This document shows, in pieces, positions 48,942-57,500 of a DNA stretch of 64,000 nt; within the stretch, counting starts at the first letter, position 1, and each line of letters opens with the position of its first letter. The stretch is from a virus (taxonomy: Duplodnaviria > Heunggongvirae > Uroviricota > Caudoviricetes): IMG/VR virus record IMGVR_UViG_3300008255_000107. One strand, 5' to 3'. The notes under the pieces were generated by a model. It saw only the letters and a list, made by a program, of their open reading frames with translations, was not told the origin of the DNA and did not search any database. Position numbers and translations under genes: made by a program.

Positions 48942-50270
48942 ATGGCAACTTCCTTGAATCAAGCCCGCCACAATAAGGTGCATACCCACGAAGGGGCACC
49001 TGTCATTAAAGTTGGCGCCCACGAAGAACTTACCCGTACCGTGTGTTCCTGCTTGCTTTTCGAAAAAACTTTCTACGAAAGTGGTCAATCTGTCGCGGAC
49101 CGCATCCGGGGTCTGGTACCCCGGTGTGACCCACTGTTCGTCGCTGACACGGCTATCCGTGCCCGTAACGAAATGAAACTACGTCACGTGCCCCTTCTCC
49201 TGGCACGTGAGCTGGCTCGGGAACCTAAGAGCCGCAATCTGTTGGTGTCGTTGCTCCCCAACATCATCAACCGTGCCGACGAACTCGCTGAGTTCATGGC
49301 CATCTACTGGAGCGAAGGCCGTTCACCTGTGGCCTACGCTGTACGCCGTGGCCTTGGAGCAGCTTTCAACAAGTTTGACGAATACCAATTCGCCAAATAC
49401 AACCGTGACAAGGATATCAAGCTTCGTGACGTCCTCCGTGTGGTGCATCCTGTGCCCAAGGATGACGCTCAGTCAGCTATCTTCAAGAAATTGAAGGAAG
49501 GTACCCTTGCTACTCCCGATACCTGGGAAGTAGCTCTGTCCGCATGCAGTGACAAGTCCGCCGAGTGGACTCGTCTTTTGAAGGAGCATAAACTCGGAGC
49601 TATGGCCCTCCTTCGGAACTTGCGTAACATGGGAGAAGCAAACGTGGATCGTGCCTTGGTACGAGAAGAACTGGCTAACGCCAGAACTGACAAGATCCTA
49701 CCTTTCAGATTCATCTCCGCTGCGGACCACAATCCCCATCTGGAAGATGTGCTGGAAACTATGATGCTCAAGAACCTGGAAGGAATTAAAAAGCTTCCTG
49801 GTAAAACTGTACTCCTATCTGATGTTTCCTGGTCTATGGACGACAAGCTGTCCGCCAAGTCCACTATGAAACGAGATGACGCTGCCAGTGGCATCGCCGT
49901 CATCACCCGGGAATTGTGCGAGGAAGTAGAGATCTACGCCTTCGGCAACAATATCTATGCAGTGCCTAACCGCCGGGGTTTCGCTCTTCGCGAACGTCTC
50001 AAAGCCAAACAGGAAGGAACCAAACTGGGTCAGGCTGTCGAGTACATTCAAAAAAATGTACCCTGTGACCGAATCATCGTCTTCACTGACGAACAAACCC
50101 AAGACCGTATCCCTAATGCCGCAAAAGGTGTCAAGGGCTACATCGTGAATGTGGCCGCTAACCAAAATGGCGTGGGGTACGACGGTGGCTGGGTCCATGT
50201 ACACGGTTGGAGCGAATCCGTGATGCGCTACATTTCCGAGTACGAAGACCTGGGGTCCAAAGATGCGTGA
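48942..50270 (+). CDS. rsr: Ro60/Rsr homologue (TROVE domain plus von Willebrand A domain with MIDAS)
   Basis: N-terminal NQ..N...G ... TFYESGQ, LRDVLRVVHPVP (human Ro60 LLRLSHLKP), ALLRNLRNMGEA (Ro60 ALLRNLGKM), ILPFRFISA (IHPFHILIA). vWA MIDAS VLLSDVSWSMDD (Ro60 LLAVDVSASMN) and IVFTDEQT (IVFTDNET). SD AGGAGA upstream. Confidence 0.8.
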   Translation: MATSLNQARHNKVHTHEGAPVIKVGAHEELTRTVCSCLLFEKTFYESGQSVADRIRGLVPRCDPLFVADTAIRARNEMKLRHVPLLLARELAREPKSRNLLVSLLPNIINRADELAEFMAIYWSEGRSPVAYAVRRGLGAAFNKFDEYQFAKYNRDKDIKLRDVLRVVHPVPKDDAQSAIFKKLKEGTLATPDTWEVALSACSDKSAEWTRLLKEHKLGAMALLRNLRNMGEANVDRALVREELANARTDKILPFRFISAADHNPHLEDVLETMMLKNLEGIKKLPGKTVLLSDVSWSMDDKLSAKSTMKRDDAASGIAVITRELCEEVEIYAFGNNIYAVPNRRGFALRERLKAKQEGTKLGQAVEYIQKNVPCDRIIVFTDEQTQDRIPNAAKGVKGYIVNVAANQNGVGYDGGWVHVHGWSESVMRYISEYEDLGSKDA

Positions 50271-50565
50271 GTGTACACCAGAGGAGTTGGCCTTCTTTCG
50301 CTTGAACAAGGAGCATAACGAGCTCCTTGAGAAACAAGGCCAAATGGTTTCCGTGGAATTTGATTTCCAGGGGGATACTCTCAAGGTACTCAAGAAGATG
50401 GCCAAGGATATGGGTGTTAGTATCGACGATGTCGTGTCAGGCGCCCTACGCATCACTTTGGCTAGGCTCGAACAGAAAGGTGTGAAGAAAGGGCCCGCGG
50501 CCCTGAAAAATACTCCTACGCACATCGAGCTTCTTACCAAGAAGAAAACGAAGAAAGCCCGGTAG
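50263..50565 (+). CDS. hypothetical protein (100 aa), co-transcribed with rsr (start overlaps the rsr stop)
   Basis: ORF. Lys-rich C-terminus. Followed by a terminator. Confidence 0.45.
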   Translation: MRECTPEELAFFRLNKEHNELLEKQGQMVSVEFDFQGDTLKVLKKMAKDMGVSIDDVVSGALRITLARLEQKGVKKGPAALKNTPTHIELLTKKKTKKAR

Positions 50566-50586
50566 CTACTTCGTGGACTAAAAGGA

Positions 50587-50617
50587 AACCCAGGTTTTTG
50601 ACCTGGGTTTTTCTTTT
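50587..50617 (+). terminator. rho-independent terminator (aacccaggt ttttg acctgggtt + T-run) ending the rsr operon
   Basis: 9-bp stem plus ttttcttt tail. Confidence 0.7.
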
Positions 50618-50909
50618 ATCTGCAGATGAGCTCTAAAAGTTTACGCCACAGACTTTTGCTACCGAACCTTACAGGTAGAGGCTTGCTCATAGCCCTTTTA
50701 AGTTCCCGTTCTGAGGGTCTCGGTGGAAGCGTCTTCATAATCTCGCCTCTTAGGTAACCCCAAGCGGCAAACTCACTATCAAAAAAAAGACCCCTCCAGG
50801 ACAAGCCATCCGACACTAGGATGTCCTGCTCTTTTGGGGTGATCACCTCATACACGATCCACATAGTGGGTAAATGTATGAGGCAAAATTTGGGGAAGTC
50901 GTCAGACAT
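50616..50909 (-). CDS. hypothetical protein
   Basis: ORF. Confidence 0.35.
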   Translation of the reverse strand: MSDDFPKFCLIHLPTMWIVYEVITPKEQDILVSDGLSWRGLFFDSEFAAWGYLRGEIMKTLPPRPSERELKRAMSKPLPVRFGSKSLWRKLLELICR

Positions 50910-51183
50910 CGTCTACGATTTTACCCACATACTCCTTCAGTCTCTTCCTTTCGGAGTACGCGGCCAGTAGCACAACGCCCACCATCGAAACTTGAATAAC
51001 AGTTCGTACGAATGAAGGGATACGCCCACCAACGTCCATGGCTACCTTGGCTTCGTCAGAATCTTCTAACTGGGCCACGGCCAGCTGGTTGGTTAGCAGC
51101 ACATCGCTGTTGTTATCGAGGAACGTAAGCGTAAGCTTGGCACCCAAAAGAAAAACCACGAGTAGAACAATCTTCGTCTTCAT
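50902..51183 (-). CDS. small membrane protein (N-terminal TM helix)
   Basis: MKTKIVLLVVFLLGAKL hydrophobic start. Confidence 0.4.
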   Translation of the reverse strand: MKTKIVLLVVFLLGAKLTLTFLDNNSDVLLTNQLAVAQLEDSDEAKVAMDVGGRIPSFVRTVIQVSMVGVVLLAAYSERKRLKEYVGKIVDDV

Positions 51184-51185
51184 GG

Positions 51186-52160
51186 CTATTTACCTGTTGT
51201 GATCTTCATAGCTGCCAAACCCATCAGGTCGCCGGCCATGGATGTTGGGTACACACCATTCCACTTGTTGAGGTAGTTGGCCTGGGCATGCATAAGGGCG
51301 ATATTGGCGTCCAGCATCTTTTGGGCCTCAATAGCGCTCTTAGCCTTCAAGAACTCTTTAGCAGCCTCTGCTTCGTCCTTGGCAGCCTTTACCTTCATCT
51401 CCGCGGAGAACTTGCTATTGATGGCTTCCTGGATCTCTTTTTCAGTGTAGATGAATTGACCGGCGGCACCGATGTTTTCGATGTAGATACCCTTCTTCAA
51501 AAAGAACTGACGGGCTTCTGTGCGTAAGTTATCGAACACTTGAGCTTTCTTTGTCCGGGCGGTATCTAGCACAAAAGCGACGAATGACTTGGATAGGTAG
51601 TCCTGAACAAAGGAACGTACGTTCTTATCCATGATATCTGCCAAAGTCTTACCACTGTAATTGTACAAGAACTTGGATGTCATTTCCTCGGGGATACTGG
51701 CTGAAACGGTCACACCTACTCCAAACCCGATGGACTCTTTGGATTCTACTTCGATGGCCTCATTCTTATTTGTGGTACCCTTGGAAGGGTCTGCAGTCCA
51801 TTCACGAGTGACAGGGCTACGATCCACCTTGATGACCATCACTGTGGGGATCCACTCACCTTCCCAGTCACGGCGACCATTCTGATGGAAGCGGGTAGGG
51901 ATCTCGATACGCTTGGCAGCAACCTTGCTTTCCTGAAGATATTCCTCAGAACCGAACTTACCCTGGTTCGTCTTGTTGGCACCTTCCAGTGGAATAACAA
52001 AGGCGGTTTCATTGGGGGCAATCACCTCGTATCGCTTTTCTTGATACGGACGCCGGCAACTTACCAGGGCGAGAACCAAAAGCATGGCAACCAGTAGTAA
52101 ACTATTCTTCTTCATCTGAATCTCCTTATGATTCTTGTGTGCAGTAGTTACAATGTACAC
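51186..52160 (-). CDS. lipoprotein, possibly SPFH/band-7-like
   Basis: Signal peptide with lipobox (LALVSC). Overall composition reminiscent of the SPFH domain. Weak call. Confidence 0.4.
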   Translation of the reverse strand: MYIVTTAHKNHKEIQMKKNSLLLVAMLLVLALVSCRRPYQEKRYEVIAPNETAFVIPLEGANKTNQGKFGSEEYLQESKVAAKRIEIPTRFHQNGRRDWEGEWIPTVMVIKVDRSPVTREWTADPSKGTTNKNEAIEVESKESIGFGVGVTVSASIPEEMTSKFLYNYSGKTLADIMDKNVRSFVQDYLSKSFVAFVLDTARTKKAQVFDNLRTEARQFFLKKGIYIENIGAAGQFIYTEKEIQEAINSKFSAEMKVKAAKDEAEAAKEFLKAKSAIEAQKMLDANIALMHAQANYLNKWNGVYPTSMAGDLMGLAAMKITTGK

Positions 52161-52189
52161 GTATGTCCCCGGTATTTAAACCAGTTTTT

Positions 52190-54484
52190 CTAAAAAGATC
52201 CGCGTCCGGCACCTTGAGGAAGCCTGACCGTCACTAGGGGGTGCCTTACCACTTTTTCTTCAGGGAAGTACTTTGATGCAAGCCCCGTGATGTAGTGGCC
52301 ATCAGCCGCAGCACATGAGGGCCAGTGCCCTTTTTTAGCTATCGAAGCATCCATCACAAAACAGGGGGTACCTATCTTACCTATCTCAATGACCTTGGTA
52401 CCCAAATCCCAAGCGGGGATTACTGCCCTGTTTTTTTGTTCATTCACCATCTGGAAAACGTGCAGCTTGTCCCTACCTTCTAGGACCTTAGCCATATCGT
52501 TAAGAGTGTGGTTGTCGAATAACACATCGTCATCGTCCATGAAGAACACCCAGCCTTCTTCCACCTCTGCTAGCAAGGTGTTCATGTAGCCGTTGTAGAA
52601 GTGAGTGCCCTCGCCGGGAGTGACACGAACCACTTTGTTGGCCCTACCGTCACCATCCACATAAACTTGGGTGCTATCGTTATCCACAGACACTATGATA
52701 TTAAGGTCAGGGTAGCATTGGTCCGTTAAACAATCCATCAACCGAGTGTAATACGCTTGCCTGGACGAAGTTCTCACCAACATGTTTATCTTGGGCCTGT
52801 TACCGTAACCATCCGGAATAAAGGGGTTGGTCGCGGGTATGTCCCTAAGGACTTTGGTGGCAAGTACCCCTGAGAATCTGCCAGACTCATACACAGCTCT
52901 CATATCACTTCCTGCACTTGCTCTTTGTACGGGCCTAAGCAAATCCATTAGAGCCCTCTGCCACTCATCATCACTGTGACAGAGTTTACCTGACCCCCTA
53001 AGCAACCTGATGGAGTTTGGACCCCTAGCAGCCAGTACAGGTACACCCTTAGCAAATAGGTAGGCTTCCGGTATGGGTAGGGAAGGGGTATCGTCTAACA
53101 AGATGGCGTCCACCTTAAGTCTCATAAAAAGTTCGGGATCTGCTGCATGCGTTCGGTACTCTCCATCTGTCATTCTCAGAAGCTGGAAGTTGTTGCTGGG
53201 AACATATTTCATAATGTTCTCCATCCGATAAGCTTCCAAATCTGTACCCAGAAAAAGAACCCTTATGCACCAATCTTCTTTACTCACAGGGGTCATGGAC
53301 AAGCCAGGTACCGGTGTAGCCACATAGGTGCTATTTATTCCGTCCAACCCAAACAAGTTGGATGCCACTGGGGAATTACCCGATATAACCGACGAAAACT
53401 TTGGTAGCATACTCCGGTAAGGAGCAAAGTCGTAATTTGTGTCCGTCACGTCCAGAATGACTTTCTTACCCATCCTTATAAGATACTGGGTTAGAGCATG
53501 CATTTCAGGAAACGTGTAGGTTATCACAATGGTGTCAAATTCACGAAGATCCCTAAGAGAATCCATCAGTGTGGTGAATCCGAACTGGTTAACTCCGGGT
53601 CGGGTAGTTCTGAGAACTGATTTACCCTGCCTCTCCAATATATCGGACAGCTCCGCCCATCGGCGCCATACGGGGTAGGGGCCATTGTACTTGGGAGCCA
53701 CTAAAAAGCAGAAGTCTTCAACAGAGGCTTGGTCATGGCCAAAGTTTGTAGGGATACTAAGTTTCATGTTCCGAGGACTAATCTGCCCATGTATGCGATG
53801 CATGAGATCCACATCACGCTTACGATTCCCTTTGGTGTTTTTGCAACGGAAGTGGTAAACGTCCTCACAGGCCAAACCTAGTTCCTCATAGTCCACAGAG
53901 CCATCGAAACCTACACAGTCGTACCTGTTTAAAGCCGTTAGGGGTAGGCGGTGACCTCGGGCTAGCACCCCCACCGTCACATCATCAGGCCTACCCTCTC
54001 CCCATGTCTGTTCTTGGTTATGGGTTATAGCAGATACCGCTTCCCTACTTAGGAAGTATCCACTTCCGGAGGCATAGATCAAGTGTTCCCGTTCGGCGTT
54101 GTAATAGCATTTCCCCTTTTTAGGAACTCCGGCGTATGGTGCCCTAGCTAAATGTAGGGCTTCGCCTACTTTACGCATGAGACCCATGTTTATGTATGAG
54201 CTGGTGTTGGTCCGATAGATGTAATCGAACTGCTCATTTTCCAGAAGATATTCGAAAGCTGCTTTGGTCTTTAGTGCTATGTTTTCGGACCCCTCGGGTA
54301 TGTTGAAGAATAGACGATCTCCTTCTCTATGCGAGAAAGCCCCCTCACCAACCCCTGGGAAAGATCCACCGTAATAGTAAAGGACATCCTCGGCATCCTT
54401 AGCCCAGGTCTTTCTAATGCCCTCATCTTCTATGTAGTCCCAGGGTTCTTGCCTGAAGGACAGGACCAAAGTAATGATTCTCAT
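52190..54484 (-). CDS. large multi-domain glycosyltransferase (764 aa)
   Basis: Several GT-A-like regions (DxD motifs DDDD and VDND, NIIVSVDNDS). Length and composition consistent with fused glycosyltransferase modules. Confidence 0.5.
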   Translation of the reverse strand: MRIITLVLSFRQEPWDYIEDEGIRKTWAKDAEDVLYYYGGSFPGVGEGAFSHREGDRLFFNIPEGSENIALKTKAAFEYLLENEQFDYIYRTNTSSYINMGLMRKVGEALHLARAPYAGVPKKGKCYYNAEREHLIYASGSGYFLSREAVSAITHNQEQTWGEGRPDDVTVGVLARGHRLPLTALNRYDCVGFDGSVDYEELGLACEDVYHFRCKNTKGNRKRDVDLMHRIHGQISPRNMKLSIPTNFGHDQASVEDFCFLVAPKYNGPYPVWRRWAELSDILERQGKSVLRTTRPGVNQFGFTTLMDSLRDLREFDTIVITYTFPEMHALTQYLIRMGKKVILDVTDTNYDFAPYRSMLPKFSSVISGNSPVASNLFGLDGINSTYVATPVPGLSMTPVSKEDWCIRVLFLGTDLEAYRMENIMKYVPSNNFQLLRMTDGEYRTHAADPELFMRLKVDAILLDDTPSLPIPEAYLFAKGVPVLAARGPNSIRLLRGSGKLCHSDDEWQRALMDLLRPVQRASAGSDMRAVYESGRFSGVLATKVLRDIPATNPFIPDGYGNRPKINMLVRTSSRQAYYTRLMDCLTDQCYPDLNIIVSVDNDSTQVYVDGDGRANKVVRVTPGEGTHFYNGYMNTLLAEVEEGWVFFMDDDDVLFDNHTLNDMAKVLEGRDKLHVFQMVNEQKNRAVIPAWDLGTKVIEIGKIGTPCFVMDASIAKKGHWPSCAAADGHYITGLASKYFPEEKVVRHPLVTVRLPQGAGRGSF

Positions 54485-54502
54485 ATGTGTTATCCATAAA
54501 AG

Positions 54503-54529
54503 GAGAGAGGCGCATTAACACGCCTCTCT
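54503..54529. terminator. hairpin terminator (gagagaggcg cattaaca cgcctctctc) downstream of the nrdJ stop
   Basis: 10-bp perfect stem. T-run on the minus strand (plus-strand aaaa at 54497..54500). Confidence 0.65.
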
Positions 54530-54536
54530 CAGTGTA

Positions 54537-57500
54537 TCAGCTACATTTTGAATAACCACACCTGGCTTCACAGGTGAGGCATTTTTCCACGAAGATCATC
54601 CGGGCGCCGCAGGATGGACACTTCTCCTGGAACAGAAGCTTATCGTTCATCTTATCGGGCTTGGCCGGAGCCACATTCGCCGTCACGGGGGAACCAGTGG
54701 TTACCGGAGGTAAACCCGGCTTCTTGTGCAATTCCTCAGGAGTCAACTCCCCAAGTAAAAGCTTGGACAATCCGTGGTGCTTGGCATTGCGGTACTTGGT
54801 CAGAGCCTTGGCTAGTGCATCGGCCAAACTGCCAACAGTACCTTCCCTGGTGGGGATGGTCTTGGAGCTTCCGATTCCTTCCAACTGATTGACGATCTCC
54901 CCCATGTCCCCACCCATACGGAGGAATAGACTGGCGAGGCGGCAGATGGCTTCCAGATCCGAGGACATCACGTCACCGGCCTTACCGAGTTGTGCAAATA
55001 CTTCGCTTTCCTTGCCGTTAACAGGGTCCACCGACACATTGACATGCATATGACCAAAAGGAGTGTTCTGGCGTAGGCGGACAGAAGTAGTGATGTCTGG
55101 GGTCTTTAGGGGCTTGCGGATCTTGTAATCTTCCTTGGACCTCTTCTCTACGACTTCTTCTTTCTTCTTGTCGTTGACGAGGGACATGGGCTGGGAGGCG
55201 CGGCAATTGTTACGGTACACGGTGATACCCTTACACTTGAGCTTCCAAGCCAACATGTAGGTATCCATGACATCTGCACGAGTGGCTTCCTCAGTGAAAT
55301 TGATTGTCTTGGATATGGACGAATCGCAATGCTCTTGGAAGGCAGCCTGCATCTTCACATGCCATTCAGGAGAAATGTCATGTGTGCACACGAACAGATC
55401 CTTGACATCCTGGGGCACTTCGTCGATATGGGCCACAGATCCCTCACGAATGATGCGATCCATCATTTCCTCGCTGTAGAATCCTCGGTCTTGGGCAACC
55501 TTCTTGAAGTGCTTGTTCACTTCGTACATCACCTTACCGTTCAGAACTTGGCGTTTAAAGGCCAGGCTGAACAGGGGTTCTATACCACCGGAGCAGTCGG
55601 CAATGATGGAGATGGTACCAGTAGGTGCTACCGTGGTCACGGCACTGTTACGCATGGGCTTCACACCGTCATACATGCTTCCCACGTAATTTGGGAAATT
55701 GCCACGTTCACTAGCCAAGGCTCCCGAGGCCTTGTGGCCTTCTTCATTGATGATCTTCATGATGTGCCGGCCCATGTTCACACCTGCTTCGGTGTTATAG
55801 GCAATACCCATGTTGAAGAGGGCGTCTGCAAAACCCATGAGCCCTAAACCGATCTTTCGGTTGCTCTTGCAGATGTGGTCGATCTGCGGGATAGGGTAGG
55901 GGTTGATTTCAATGATGTCTTCGAGGAAACGCACAGAGTGCCTGATGGCTGCCCTGAGTCTCTTCTCATCCAGCTTGCCTTGGACCACGAACTTGGAAAC
56001 ATCGATGGACCCCAGGTTACAGGCTTCGTAGGGAAGCAGAGGTTGCTCGCCACAGTTCCCTGCGCCGATACAGCCAAACACTCCCCTGTGCCTCTTGGGT
56101 TCTGTAAAGCAATAAACCTTTGGAGCTTTTTTCTCCAGTTTATCCACGCTCACTACTCTCACTGAAAAGTTTTTCTGTTGAGAATCACGGGAGATATCAA
56201 CGCGGTGGCACTCCAACCCGTTCTCTTTGAGAATGCTCATTCCCCAAAGAGGGATAAGAAGCCTCCAGGATTCCTGGCAACTGTACTCTTTGCTTCCACC
56301 TAATCCGTCGGGCATCATCTTCCGACAGGCGGACTTCCCAGGAATGATGGAGGAGTGCGTGCCGGAAATAAAGAGCATCTCTTTTACTTCCTGTAAAAAA
56401 TCCTTATCCACTGACCAGATCTGCACACCACCGTCTTTAGTCACCGAACCGTCAGAGTCTACGAGACCGGCGAGCCAAGCCATACGAGAAGTAACATCCC
56501 ATGTTACAGGGGGGACAAAACTCTTTCTCCACCCACCCGCTATGTTCCTACTCAAAGACACAAAAATACGATCGTGTCCACATTCGTTAGCATGCTCGTA
56601 CTTTAGCTTATCCAGGAGATCTTTCTTTTCACCATAGAGCCAAACGGAATCCCTATCTCTCCCAGACTCGCTAGAACCGTCACCACTGAAGAATCCGTGG
56701 GTGTACGCCTCTTCCACGGAAACTACTACCTCTCCTGAAATAACAGGATGATCCCAGCTGGCAAGGCGGTGCCCAGGCTTCAAATACTTGGCCTCTACTT
56801 TGATATCAGATTTATTATCACGGGGTGCACCATCTTGCAAGTAAAAAGAATGGTAGGGGGTACAATCCAAAGAAGATCCGTCACTGAAAGCTACTCGAAG
56901 GAGATCTTGGTTCTCACCCGTTACGGAGGGGGTAACTGTGCTCCACTCTTCTCCGTTCCACACACCAACCCGTTGGTCAACAAGGGAGTCAATACGCTTG
57001 AAACCTTGATTGGTGAGAATTTTGGTTTCACCCGTGACACAGGGGTTTGTAGCTTCGATCTCACCAATATGGGGAGTGGGGTTTTTGGCATTGATTTCAT
57101 CAATGAAGATCAGACCGGGTTCACCGGTACGCCACGCACAGTCCACAATGACATCGAACACTTGCTTGCGGGTCCAATACTCTTCGGGGTTGTACGAACC
57201 ATTGGGGTCGTACTCCACCAAATCCACCAGGCCGTAATTCATGATGTTGATGTTCTCGTTGCGGAACTTACGCGGAACGATGAACCTCTTACCACTATGG
57301 GTGTTGGTGACCACGTGGATGCCCTCGGGATCCAAGTCGTAGGACAGCATCCACAGCTCGGGTATCTTGACGGAGATGTTGTAGTTGTTGAAGACATTGA
57401 GGTCTTGCTTGGCATGGATGAATTTCAGGATGTCGGGGTGAGTTACCGTCATCATGCCCATGTTGGCGCCACGGCGGAAGGCACCCTGCTGGATGGCATT

